Shown: piece after piece, positions 19,325-28,567 of the stretch | Layout: each line of letters opens with the position of its first letter | Numbering within the stretch: the first letter of the stretch is position 1 | Assembly (NCBI GenBank): GCA_965224705.1 | Contig: OZ245056.1 | Location: 1,088,001 to 1,152,000, forward strand | DNA: 64,000 nucleotides | Direction of reading: 5' to 3' | DNA from: Spirochaetaceae bacterium | GTDB taxonomy: Bacteria; Spirochaetota; Spirochaetia; DSM-2461 | Program-made: the position numbers and the translations under genes | The notes under the pieces: model-generated | Seen by the model: the letters and a program-made list of their open reading frames with translations, nothing else | Databases searched by the model: none | Told to the model about the DNA's origin: nothing

Positions 19325-20658
19325 TTTCTGATCCTTTACTTATGTCCATAGTCCTATTCGGCTTCATGTTCCTGTGTCTGTTTTCCGGTCTGTGGATAGG
19401 ATTTTCCCTGCTGTGTACCGGAATCTTCGGAATGCTGGTCTTCGATCTGAACCTCCCTCCGATTATATCGGTCTGGGAGAAGATCGGGGGCCTGCTGGCT
19501 AATTCTATCTACAACTCCACAAATTCCTGGTCCCTAATGGCCCTTCCCCTGTTCATTTTAATGGGAGAACTCCTCTACAGGACTGCGATATCCGACAAGC
19601 TGTTCAACGGCCTGCTTCCCTGGCTTTCAAGGATCCCGGGCCGCCTCCTTCACATCAATGTATTTGCCTGTTCCCTCTTTGCCGCCGTATCCGGGTCGAG
19701 TGCCGCCACAACGGCCACCGTCGGCAAGATAACTCTGGTTGAATTATCCAGGCGGGGATACAATAAAAGCCTGACCATCGGCTCCCTCGCTGGAGCCGGA
19801 ACCCTTGGCTTTCTCATCCCCCCCAGTTTGATTATGATTATCTACGGGATTCTTTCCGATACATCTATTGGGAAATTGTTTATCTCCGGGATAGTTCCCG
19901 GACTCATTCTTGCCGGAGCTTATTCCCTCTACATTATAATTGTCTCTTTGATCCATCCATCCTCAATACCATCAGGGGAAGATAGCTACACTTTTAAGGA
20001 AAAGCTTTCAACACTCAGGGATATTGTTCCCGTTTTGGGGCTGATTTTCGCCGTTCTGGGAGGTATTTACCTGGGCATCACCACCCCAACGGAAGCGGGG
20101 GTTGTCGGTGTTATAGGTTCCCTGATTCTGGCCCTGGCTTTCAGAAGCCTGACCTGGACCAATTTCAAGGAGGCCCTCAGCAATTCCGTCAAAACAACCT
20201 GCATGATCTGCTTCATCATTCTGTCGGCTTCCTTTCTGTCCCAGGTAGTCGGCTTCGTGGGGATCGCCCGGGCCATCAGCACCTACATTGTTGAGCTGAA
20301 CCTTTCCCCCTACCTGCTGATTCTGGTGGTGGGCCTGATGTACCTCATCCTCGGCATGATACTGGACGGCATTTCCATTGTCGTCATGACTCTTCCCATT
20401 GTACTTCCCGTTGTGCTGGATGCCGGATTCGAACCGCTTTGGTTCGGCGTTTTCCTGGTTTTCATGGTGGAACTGGCGCAGATAACACCGCCGGTGGGAT
20501 TCAGCATCTTCGTCATTCAGGGCATATCTAACGAAAAGGTCAGTACAATTCTGAAGGCTTCTTTTCCCTTCTTCATCATCTTGCTGCTGATGGTGATTAC
20601 GGTAACCCTGTTTCCAGGACTGATTTCCTATTTACCGGAAAAAATGGTGGGAGGGTAG
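19321..20658 (+). CDS. dctM: TRAP transporter large permease
   Basis: ALPLFILMGE, FAAVSGSS.AT, LIPPS, TPTEA, ITPPVG. Confidence 0.93.
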   Translation: MISDPLLMSIVLFGFMFLCLFSGLWIGFSLLCTGIFGMLVFDLNLPPIISVWEKIGGLLANSIYNSTNSWSLMALPLFILMGELLYRTAISDKLFNGLLPWLSRIPGRLLHINVFACSLFAAVSGSSAATTATVGKITLVELSRRGYNKSLTIGSLAGAGTLGFLIPPSLIMIIYGILSDTSIGKLFISGIVPGLILAGAYSLYIIIVSLIHPSSIPSGEDSYTFKEKLSTLRDIVPVLGLIFAVLGGIYLGITTPTEAGVVGVIGSLILALAFRSLTWTNFKEALSNSVKTTCMICFIILSASFLSQVVGFVGIARAISTYIVELNLSPYLLILVVGLMYLILGMILDGISIVVMTLPIVLPVVLDAGFEPLWFGVFLVFMVELAQITPPVGFSIFVIQGISNEKVSTILKASFPFFIILLLMVITVTLFPGLISYLPEKMVGG

Positions 20659-20716
20659 GACGTATCGGCTCATTCCATTCCGGCACCGCAGCCGCAAGCT
20701 GTGACACAATGGGCAA

Positions 20717-20879
20717 GGAGTCTGTTGGACTTTAAGACTTCGAGGCGATTTTTGATGATTTTTTTTCTGATACGAGGCGGCGAAAACGAACGAAGGCGGC
20801 TCTTCAGAAGCAAGCAGGAGGCTTGCTCCTGAAGAGAAGGGCAAAAATCGAGCCGTGAGACGTAAGTCCGACAGGCTCC
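20717..20879 (+). mobile_element. MITE copy B (~160 bp, internal module absent)
   Basis: Same termini as copy A; lacks the segment between two GGCG motifs. Confidence 0.85.
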
Positions 20880-20957
20880 TGGGCTTCCCCTCCTTACGAG
20901 CTTTCATAGCGCACTACATGAACATTTTAAGCGGATTTTTCAACGCCGTATGCGACC

Positions 20958-22715
20958 TCAGAACTGGGCGCGAAACGCCCCCTCACTTGCCTCCAGAGCC
21001 AGTGCCTTGCCGCGAAAGCCCACCCCGTAGATGACAGTTTTCTCCGGGTTCCACTTCTCCTGCGCCCCCTCCAGGTATTTCTGCTCCGCCTGGGAATAGG
21101 CCTCCTGTGCCAGCTGCTTGAGCGGTGTGGTTCCGGCGGCAGGCTCCCGTTTGAACTCGAACAGCAGAACATGACCCGGCCGCCCGGAGCTGCGTTGGAT
21201 CAATACGATGTCGGGGCGGCCCATGCCGCATTCCCGGTTGCTCTCCACCGTGTACTCGCCGCTCAGGTAGGCCAGCATCCCCAGTACCAGGCCGTGGTAG
21301 AAGCCCTCCGCTCGCTTCTTTTCTTCTTTTTCGCCCTGGGAGGCGGTATCGTGGAAGCTGGCAAGGCCCAGGAGAATTTCCCCAAGACCCTCCGCTATCA
21401 GGGTCGCGTCCCCTTCCCTGATGCCGCGGATGAAAGAATGAAAGGATTCGCCTGCCTCCACATCCTCCTCCAGCCAGTCCTTGATTGTGGTCATGTAGGA
21501 ATAGCGTACCTCGCGGTTGGGGATATCCAGCCGGTAGTCCTGGCTTATCTCGTGCTGTCGCCTTTCGCTGGCCTTGAGATAGCCGCCGTGGAGCAGGAAA
21601 CTCCACGCCACATCCGGGCGGGTTCGTATCTGCGGGTAGACGATGTTGACCGCTACCTCCCGCCTGACCTCCTCTCCCTTAAGCAGCCTCTCCATGGTTT
21701 CCCGGCTGTCCCTTTTGTTCAGCTGCAGCGTTTCCTTCACCATCCTGTTGGCACTGGTGTGCACCCAGTAGGGACGCAGCCCGGCCGATGGCCTCCTGAG
21801 GTAATTGACTATGCTCCAGGGATTGTAAATGATCGTGTCCCCGCCGAAAATGTAGCCGTTGTACCATTCTCTGATGCCGTCCATCCTGTCCCCAAGCTCA
21901 TAGTAGTCCGCCATGGCCTCCACTTCGGGTTCCGTGAAGCCGAAACAGTCCTCCATTTCGGGATCGAGCAGGGTGGACACCGCCGGATTGTTGAAGTCGC
22001 TGAAGATGCTCTCCTGGGCCACTTTGAGTATGCCGATGACCACCGCCTGCTTCAAATTGGGGTTGTCCTTGAAGCTCTGCACCATGAAGCTGCGGATGAA
22101 GGCGATCATCTCATCGTAGAACTTGTCGGTGTAGGCGGCGTGCAGCGGGGTATCGTACTCGTCCAGAAGGATGTAGACCGGTTTGTTGTAGGCGCGCTTC
22201 AACCAGGTGGAGAGGAGTTTTATGGATTGCTCGCAGTCCTGATCAGTGCTTTTTCTTTGCAGCATCCTGATAAAACATTCTTGATCAGCATCATCCAGCA
22301 TGCCGGAATTCTGCAGGTATTGATGTCTACGGAATTCATCGGAAAGCATATCCTTGATAAGTGCCATGCAATCTTCATGATTCGATTTTTTCACGTCCTT
22401 GAAGCTTAAATGTATCACCGGATACTGCCCCATGTATTCGCGGCATCGGGGATGTTTTGATATGGACATGCCATTGAACAAAGGCGCATTGGGTGGTGGA
22501 TCGCTGCTGCCGCCGCCTAGTGGCGAGGCCTCAAAGAAGTAGCGGATCATGCTGAGGTTCAGGGTTTTGCCGAAGCGCCGGGGGCGGGTGATGAGATGCA
22601 CCTTGCTGGGGTCATTGATAAGATGCGCTATGAGATGGGTTTTATCGACAAAGTAGCAATTATTGTCAATGAATTCCTTGTAATCGGTGATGCCCTGAGT
22701 CAGATTCTTTTTCAT
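20958..22715 (-). CDS. AAA-ATPase-like + PD-(D/E)XK nuclease superfamily protein, copy 1
   Basis: YFVDKT, RPRRFGKTLNLSM (Walker A), ILLDEYDTP (Walker B), WYNGY, YNPWS, E.FYHG, SNRE.G.GRPD, FEFK. Confidence 0.92.
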   Translation of the reverse strand: MKKNLTQGITDYKEFIDNNCYFVDKTHLIAHLINDPSKVHLITRPRRFGKTLNLSMIRYFFEASPLGGGSSDPPPNAPLFNGMSISKHPRCREYMGQYPVIHLSFKDVKKSNHEDCMALIKDMLSDEFRRHQYLQNSGMLDDADQECFIRMLQRKSTDQDCEQSIKLLSTWLKRAYNKPVYILLDEYDTPLHAAYTDKFYDEMIAFIRSFMVQSFKDNPNLKQAVVIGILKVAQESIFSDFNNPAVSTLLDPEMEDCFGFTEPEVEAMADYYELGDRMDGIREWYNGYIFGGDTIIYNPWSIVNYLRRPSAGLRPYWVHTSANRMVKETLQLNKRDSRETMERLLKGEEVRREVAVNIVYPQIRTRPDVAWSFLLHGGYLKASERRQHEISQDYRLDIPNREVRYSYMTTIKDWLEEDVEAGESFHSFIRGIREGDATLIAEGLGEILLGLASFHDTASQGEKEEKKRAEGFYHGLVLGMLAYLSGEYTVESNRECGMGRPDIVLIQRSSGRPGHVLLFEFKREPAAGTTPLKQLAQEAYSQAEQKYLEGAQEKWNPEKTVIYGVGFRGKALALEASEGAFRAQF

Positions 22716-22739
22716 GACGTCTTTAGCATAGCATGGTTT

Positions 22740-22850
22740 TGTGAGTGGCCGCTCGGGCCGCTGGGCCTAAACTTTCTTTTTTTTCGACAAAAAGAAAGTT
22801 TAACAAAGAAAAATACGACTCAAGGGGGTGTCCCCCTTGAGAATCCCCCC
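22740..22850 (-). repeat. Structured leader of AAA gene copy 1 (two strong hairpins)
   Basis: CTCAAGGGGG-TGT-CCCCCTTGAG and AAACTTTCTTTTT-TTCGAC-AAAAAGAAAGTTT. Confidence 0.7.
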
Positions 22851-22894
22851 TGTGTTCCGTGAAAAGCAGCTTTTTACGCCGTATGCGGGTCAAC

Positions 22895-24652
22895 TCAGAA
22901 CTGGGCGCGAAGCGCCCCTCCGCCTGCCTCCAGAGCCAGTTCCTTACCGCGGAAGCCCACCCCGTAGATGATAATCTTTTCCGGGTTCCACTTCTCCTGT
23001 GCCCCCTCCAGGTATTTTTTCTCCGCCTGGGAATAGGCCTCCCGTGCCAGCTGCTTGAGCGGTGTGGTTCCGGCGGCAGGCTCCCGTTTGAACTCGAACA
23101 GCAGAACATGACCCGGCCGCCCGGAGCCGCGCTGAATCAATACGATGTCGGGGCGGCCCATGCCGCATTCCCGGTTGCTCTCCACCGTGTACTCGCCGCT
23201 CAGGTAGGCCAGCATCCCCAGTACCAGTCCGTGGTAGAAGCCCTCCGCTCGCTTCTTTTCTTCTTTTTCGCCCTGGGAGGCGGTATCGTGGAAGCTGGCA
23301 AGGCCCAGGAGAATCTCCCCAAGACCCTCCTCTATCAGGGTCGCGTCCCCTTCCCTGATGCCGCGGATAAAGGAATGAAAGGACTCGCCTGCCTCTACAT
23401 CCTCCTCCAGCCAGTCCTTGATTGTGGTCATGTAGGAATAGCGTACCTCTCGGTTGGGAATTTCCAGCCGGTAGTCCTGGCTTATCTCGTGCTGCTGCCT
23501 TTCGCTGGCCTTCAGATAGCCGCCGTGGAGCAGGAAGCTCCATGCCACATCCGGGCGGGTTCGTATCTGCGGGTAGACGATGTTGACCGCTACCTCCCGC
23601 CTGACCTCCTCTCCCTTAAGCAGCCTCTCCATGGTTTCCCGGCTGTCCCTTTTGTTCAGCTGCAGCGTTTCCTTCACCATCCTGTTGGCACTGGTGTGCA
23701 CCCAGTAGGGACGCAGCCCGGCCGATGGCCTCCTGAGGTAATTGACTATGCTCCAGGGATTGTAAATGATCGTGTCCCCGCCGAAAATGTAGCCGTTGTA
23801 CCATTCTCTGATGCCGTCCATCCTGTCCCCAAGCTCATAGTAGTCCGCCATGGCCTCCACTTCGGGTTCCGTGAAGCCGAAACAGTCCTCCATTTCGGGA
23901 TCGAGCAGGGTGGACACCGCCGGATTGTTGAAGTCGCTGAAGATGCTCTCCTGGGCCACTTTGAGTATGCCGATGACCACCGCCTGCTTCAAATTGGGGT
24001 TGTCCTTGAAGCTCTGCACCATGAAGCTGCGGATGAAGGCGATCATCTCATCGTAGAACTTGTCGGTGTAGGCGGCGTGCAGCGGGGTATCGTACTCGTC
24101 CAGAAGGATGTAGACCGGTTTGCCGTAGGCGCGCTTAAGCCAGGAGGAAAGGTATTTTATCGACTGTGCGCAGTTCTGATCAGTGCCTTTTTTATTCGAT
24201 ATTTTGAGAAATAATTCTTTATCAATTTCGCGCAGCACTTCACAGTCCTGCAAGTATTCATGTCGCTGATATTCTGCGGAGAGCATATCCTTGATGATCT
24301 CCATGCACTCCGTATGCGAAGAACCCTTGGCATCCTTGAAACTCAAGTGTATTACCGGATACTGCCCCATGTATTCGCGGCATTGGGGGTGTTTTGATAT
24401 GGACATGTCGTTGAACAATGAGGCATTGGGCGGCGCACTGCCGCTGCCGCCGCCCGGTGGGGGGGCCTCAAAAAAGTAGCGGATCATGCTCAGGTTCAGG
24501 GTTTTGCCGAAGCGGCGGGGGCGGGTGATGAGGTGCACTTCGCTGGGGTCGTCGATAAGGCAGCCGATGAAATGGGTTTTATCGACAAAGTAGCAGTTAT
24601 TGTCGATGAATTTCTTGAAATCGGTGATGCCCTGAGTCAGATTCTTTTTCAT
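22895..24652 (-). CDS. AAA-ATPase-like + PD-(D/E)XK nuclease superfamily protein, copy 2
   Basis: Same motifs and same length (585 aa) as copy 1. Confidence 0.92.
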   Translation of the reverse strand: MKKNLTQGITDFKKFIDNNCYFVDKTHFIGCLIDDPSEVHLITRPRRFGKTLNLSMIRYFFEAPPPGGGSGSAPPNASLFNDMSISKHPQCREYMGQYPVIHLSFKDAKGSSHTECMEIIKDMLSAEYQRHEYLQDCEVLREIDKELFLKISNKKGTDQNCAQSIKYLSSWLKRAYGKPVYILLDEYDTPLHAAYTDKFYDEMIAFIRSFMVQSFKDNPNLKQAVVIGILKVAQESIFSDFNNPAVSTLLDPEMEDCFGFTEPEVEAMADYYELGDRMDGIREWYNGYIFGGDTIIYNPWSIVNYLRRPSAGLRPYWVHTSANRMVKETLQLNKRDSRETMERLLKGEEVRREVAVNIVYPQIRTRPDVAWSFLLHGGYLKASERQQHEISQDYRLEIPNREVRYSYMTTIKDWLEEDVEAGESFHSFIRGIREGDATLIEEGLGEILLGLASFHDTASQGEKEEKKRAEGFYHGLVLGMLAYLSGEYTVESNRECGMGRPDIVLIQRGSGRPGHVLLFEFKREPAAGTTPLKQLAREAYSQAEKKYLEGAQEKWNPEKIIIYGVGFRGKELALEAGGGALRAQF

Positions 24653-24676
24653 GACATCTTTAGCATAGCATGGTTT

Positions 24677-24789
24677 TGTGGGTGGCCGCTCGGGCCGCTG
24701 GGCCTAAACTTTCTTTTTTTTCGACAAAAAGAAAGTTTAACAAAGAAAAATACGACTCAAGGGGGCACCCCCTTGAGAATCCCCCCCCC
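24677..24789 (-). repeat. Structured leader of AAA gene copy 2
   Basis: Same two hairpins; the loop of the first differs while the stems are kept. Confidence 0.7.
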
Positions 24790-24942
24790 TGCGCTTCGTT
24801 GTATTATTTTTATTTATCTCCTAAAGACTCTGGTAGACTTCACATATCGTCGAAGCGTAATACGAAGCATATTCATGGTGAGAGCTGTCGCTGGTTAGGT
24901 GCTTATCAGACTGACGGTGGTGTCAAGTCAGTATTGCAGCCC

Positions 24943-25158
24943 CTACTCCTCATCCCTCTCATATTCCAGCAAATCCCCCGGCTGACAGTCCAATTCCCGG
25001 CAGATGGCCTCCAGGGTGTTGATGCGCAATGCTCTGGCCTTGCCGGTTTTCAGGATGGACAAGTTGGTGTTGGTTATGCCGACCCGTTCCGCCAGTTCGC
25101 CGAGGGAAATTTTTCTGTCCACCATCACCCGGTCCAGACGGAAGATGATTCCCATCAA
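24943..25158 (-). CDS. XRE/Cro-type HTH regulator (YozG-like)
   Basis: LD..M..RKISL.ELAE.VGIT..NLSILKTGKARA.R..TLEAIC..L.CQPGDLLEY. Confidence 0.9.
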   Translation of the reverse strand: MMGIIFRLDRVMVDRKISLGELAERVGITNTNLSILKTGKARALRINTLEAICRELDCQPGDLLEYERDEE

Positions 25159-25165
25159 AACTCCT

Positions 25166-25642
25166 TCAGACCGTCAGGTCGTGTTCTTCCTGAAGTGCCG
25201 TTCCTTCTTTGAAGACCTCGCAGAGCATCAGGAGCAGCAGACTGACAAAAAGTGCCCCAAGCTGGAAGGTGATGATGGAAAAGATCAGCAGGAACTTCCC
25301 CACTTCCCGAATCAGCGTAACATTCTCTTTTTGGAAGACCTGCTCTCGCCGAAAGTTTTCAAACAGGTTCCGGCACTTGCGGATGATCACCAGAAGCAGA
25401 ACCAGGGCCACCACCGCATAGGGTACCATCAGCAGCTTAAAAATCAGCGGCAAATTCACCATGTCCTGCCAGTCTGGATCATCATTGAAGTCTGCTATCA
25501 AGGCCTGGGTTTCGGGCGGTAAGAACAGCATCAGAAAAAAAATGATTCCTGCGATGACCCCGCCAATCAGAATCACGTACCAGACGATGTTCAGAACAAC
25601 GCTCATTACCGAAGAGAGGGATCGTTCCCCTAGATATTTCAT
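25166..25642 (-). CDS. DUF2975-like membrane protein
   Basis: Multi-TM, F..EN..., C-terminal EVF.EG..LQEEHDLTV; typical partner of a YozG-like regulator. Confidence 0.85.
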   Translation of the reverse strand: MKYLGERSLSSVMSVVLNIVWYVILIGGVIAGIIFFLMLFLPPETQALIADFNDDPDWQDMVNLPLIFKLLMVPYAVVALVLLLVIIRKCRNLFENFRREQVFQKENVTLIREVGKFLLIFSIITFQLGALFVSLLLLMLCEVFKEGTALQEEHDLTV

Positions 25643-25663
25643 AACTCTTTCCTCCTACCGGGG

Positions 25664-25720
25664 AATATAATACGGTTGAGATTGAAAGTCAACAATAATT
25701 TATCGTTATTCGATGAAATT
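25664..25720 (-). promoter_or_regulatory. Sigma70 promoter of the DUF2975-HTH operon with upstream palindrome
   Basis: TTGACT(25692-25687)-17 bp-TATATT(25669-25664); imperfect palindrome AATTTATCG-N5-CGATGAAATT at 25697-25720. Confidence 0.6.
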
Positions 25721-25959
25721 TATTCATTTTTCGAAAACAACGCCGGGAACATCCATGCCTCAATAGTCTTAAATTCTTCCGTGAGATTTCCGCTTGTTCC
25801 GCATCTGCTGCCATTCTTTTGTGCTGCCGGAAGAATTTCATGTACTGACAGAGATAAATCTCAAAACGGTAAGAGCTTGGTGAATCAAAGAAGCCGCTCT
25901 CGCTTCGTTGGGATTATGCATAGGTTGCTGAAAAACAATGAAAGAGACTGTTGTATTGG

Positions 25960-26065
25960 ATGAACCATTCCAGTCAATTTCCACGCCGATGACGTCTCTG
26001 TAGAAGGCCACCATCTGTTTCAAGTCTCCAACAAACAGGCCATCATGTCGAATCTCGTTCCCATC
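25960..26065 (-). pseudogene. VOC/glyoxalase N-terminal fragment
   Basis: IRHDGLFVGDLKQMVAFYRDVIGVEIDW matches the VOC beta-alpha start; similarity then ends. Confidence 0.6.
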
Positions 26066-26125
26066 GTATAAACTCCTCATCTATGTTTTGAACTTGAACT
26101 TACAGCCTCAGTCTCAGAACTCTCT

Positions 26126-26749
26126 TTAGAGGTGTCCTTTATCCGTTATACTGCATTTGGGATGCTTGAGACGAAACTCCATCACCGTTGAAGCTCCGAA
26201 TCCCAGCAGCCAGCGCAAATAAGGAAATTTATCGGTTCGCACAGGAACAAAACCGCTCCTTTCATACAATCGTCGTGCAGCCGGATTTGTGTCGATAACA
26301 TCTAGTCGGACTGTGCTAAATCCCCTTTCCCGTGCGTGGTTCACTACGTCACTTAACAGCCTGCTGCCTATGCCTCGTCCACGATAGTCCTGATGAACGG
26401 CAATACCGTCCATTACGAGCTGCCCGGCCATCGGAGTTCTTTCATACAGGCTGAAAACAGTGGCGGCCCAAAGCCCTCGAACTAAACCCAACTCCTCGAA
26501 AAGCCGCCGTACTCCAATACCGCCAGTCAAGGATCCTTCACCTATATGAAAACCGGCGAGACCCACCAAATCCGTTCCCGCTATCGCAGTAACCGCAAAT
26601 TTACTAACGAACGTTCTTTCCAGGAGGGTCATACGGTCCACCTTAGACCTGATGGCCACCCTGAACTTTTCCCCAAATGCCTCATCGTACAACTGTGCGG
26701 CTGCTTTGAAGTGATCCGCCCTCAAGCCGATTTCATAAACAATGGACAT
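26126..26749 (-). CDS. GNAT family N-acetyltransferase
   Basis: IAVHQDYRGRGIGSRLL and LDVIDTNPAARRLYERSGF. Confidence 0.92.
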   Translation of the reverse strand: MSIVYEIGLRADHFKAAAQLYDEAFGEKFRVAIRSKVDRMTLLERTFVSKFAVTAIAGTDLVGLAGFHIGEGSLTGGIGVRRLFEELGLVRGLWAATVFSLYERTPMAGQLVMDGIAVHQDYRGRGIGSRLLSDVVNHARERGFSTVRLDVIDTNPAARRLYERSGFVPVRTDKFPYLRWLLGFGASTVMEFRLKHPKCSITDKGHL

Positions 26750-26774
26750 CCTTGCGCCTCCTTACTCTCCGCTC

Positions 26775-26936
26775 GGAGTCTGTCGGACTTTAAGACTTCG
26801 AGGCGATTTTTGATGATTTTTTTCTGATGCAAGGCGGCGAAAACGAACGAAGGCGGCTCTCCAGAAGCAAGCAGGAGGCTTGCTTCTGGAGAGAAGGGCA
26901 AAAATCGAGCCGTGAGGCGTAAGTCAGACAGGCTCC
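26775..26936 (+). mobile_element. MITE copy C (~160 bp)
   Basis: Same organisation as copy B, with a perfect CTCTCCAGAAGCAAGC/GCTTGCTTCTGGAGAG hairpin. Confidence 0.85.
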
Positions 26937-26974
26937 TTGAACAATGTGAATGCTTGATCCCATCGTAAGACAGC

Positions 26975-27083
26975 ATACTGCGAATCATATGGTGATCATC
27001 ATAGTAAACACCATTAACTCTCACAACTCTCGGCTCAGTCCCCAAACCTTGAATCCAAAGTGCCATACAGTTTTTCCGCCCTG
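26975..27083 (-). pseudogene. GNAT C-terminal fragment between two MITEs
   Basis: Across frameshifts: AEKLY../GFKVWG/TEPRVVRVNGVYYDDHHM, typical of a RimJ/RimL-like GNAT C-terminus. Confidence 0.5.
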
Positions 27084-27207
27084 GGAGCCTGTCGGAGTTT
27101 AAGGCTTTGAGGCGATTTTGATGATTTTTTCCTGATGCAAGGCGACAAAAACGGAGCGTAGCTGGGCTGCGTGAGTATCTTGGCAGCGCAGCAGCAGGGA
27201 AAATCAT
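27084..27207 (+). mobile_element. MITE copy D (left part including the CGTAGC module, right end missing)
   Basis: GGAGCCTGTCGGAG...GATGATTTTTTCCTGATGCAAGGCGACAAAAA...CGTAGCTGGGCTGCG...CAGGGAAAATCAT. Confidence 0.8.
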
Positions 27208-27380
27208 TCGCTTGTAACCGCAATTGACACGCGAGGCTGGGGGTGCAAGTATGGGCCATGCGTTCAGATGGAGGGCCAATCAGGTATATGGCGGAAAGCT
27301 GTCATGCTGCTGCTGGCGGGGAACATGAAGAAGGCAAGCTCTCGCGCTCTCTATCCCGCTGACCGAGAGGCCTGGACGGG

Positions 27381-28535
27381 ATGAAAGCATTTCGTCATCT
27401 CGGGAATGCGCAGATGGTCTTCGGCGCCGGTCAGGTCAACAATCTCATTAACTATCTACCAGGCCGCGGCCCACTCCTTGTGGTGACCGGCAGGCATCTT
27501 GCCGGTTCGGTCATCTGGAAAAATCTGGAGAATTGCCTCCAAGCCGCGGGAATCGTGTACACGCGGGAAACCGTCGATGGGGAACCCTCACCGGAAATGA
27601 TAGCCGAACTCACCGCGAGGGCTCGGAGTCAGAAAACGGAATCCATCGCGGCCATAGGCGGCGGGTCGGTGCTGGATGCCGGGAAGGCCGCAGCCGCTAT
27701 GCTCAAGCATGAACACAGGGTTGAAGACTACCTGGAAGGAGTGGGGGAAAGATCTCTCACAGGTGCCGCAGTTCCGGTGATTGCGGCTCCCACCACCGCC
27801 GGTACCGGAAGCGAAGCCACCAAGAACGCCGTTATCAGCAGGCGGGGAAAGGGCGGCTTTAAGAGGTCTCTCCGGCACGATGCCTTCATACCCCGAACCG
27901 CCATCATCGATCCGGTTCTGGCCGTGGGCTGTCCGCCGATGGTGAGTCTCGCCTGCGGCATGGACGCGCTTTGTCAGCTGCTTGAATCATTCATCTCCAC
28001 TGACGCCACCCCCCTCACCAGACTCCTGGCCAGAGACGGCCTGCTCCATTTCGGCAGGGGAAGCCGACTTTTCTCCGAACAATGCTATGGAGGGGCGGAT
28101 GAACTGGAACTGAGAGGTGAACTCGCGCTGGCGGCTTATTTCTCTGGGCTGGCTCTGGCCAACGCCGGTCTGGGTACGGTCCATGGCCTTGCCGGTCCCC
28201 TGGGAGCTTTATCCAGGGCGCCTCATGGCGTTGTCTGCGGTTTGCTGCTGGGGCCGATTTTCCGGCGTCTGGTCCGCCTGCTGGGTGATTCCCCGGAAGG
28301 TGGGCATACCCTGCGGGCCCTTGAGAGTGCTGGGACCGCCCTGTTTCCTGGAGAAACGAATGTGGACCGTATGTTGGACAAATGTGAATCCTGGGCCGAT
28401 GCGTTGCCGCGATTGTCCTCCTACGGTCTGTCGAAAGAAGATCTGGATGCGGCTGTTACGGCCTCAACCAATAAGAGCTTTCCTGTTAGACTCAGTGAAG
28501 ACGATCGCCGCGCCGCCCTGGCGGAGATTTATTAA
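27381..28535 (+). CDS. Iron-containing alcohol dehydrogenase
   Basis: GGGSVLDAGK, PTTAGTGSEAT, GMDAL, LG.VHG.A, HG..C. Confidence 0.92.
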   Translation: MKAFRHLGNAQMVFGAGQVNNLINYLPGRGPLLVVTGRHLAGSVIWKNLENCLQAAGIVYTRETVDGEPSPEMIAELTARARSQKTESIAAIGGGSVLDAGKAAAAMLKHEHRVEDYLEGVGERSLTGAAVPVIAAPTTAGTGSEATKNAVISRRGKGGFKRSLRHDAFIPRTAIIDPVLAVGCPPMVSLACGMDALCQLLESFISTDATPLTRLLARDGLLHFGRGSRLFSEQCYGGADELELRGELALAAYFSGLALANAGLGTVHGLAGPLGALSRAPHGVVCGLLLGPIFRRLVRLLGDSPEGGHTLRALESAGTALFPGETNVDRMLDKCESWADALPRLSSYGLSKEDLDAAVTASTNKSFPVRLSEDDRRAALAEIY

Positions 28536-28567
28536 GCCTGCGCAGTATAAGAAAGGAAATTTCCATA

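Larger units (their letters stand above)
20935..24790 (-). repeat. Tandem duplication, unit 1937 bp (gene plus upstream structured leader)
   Basis: Genes are offset by exactly 1937 bp; upstream 22716-22850 matches 24653-24789; shadow ORFs in the two copies are identical. Confidence 0.92.

Noticed and set aside
21171..24214. Long plus-strand ORFs (412 and 451 aa) opposite the AAA genes
   Set aside because: Antisense shadows caused by GC-rich codon usage.
22186..24357. Diversity-generating retroelement explanation for the variable AAA module
   Set aside because: Differences include many non-adenine and synonymous changes (CAT/CAC, AGC/AGT, GAC/GAT, GTG/GCC), and no reverse transcriptase or template repeat is present in the window.
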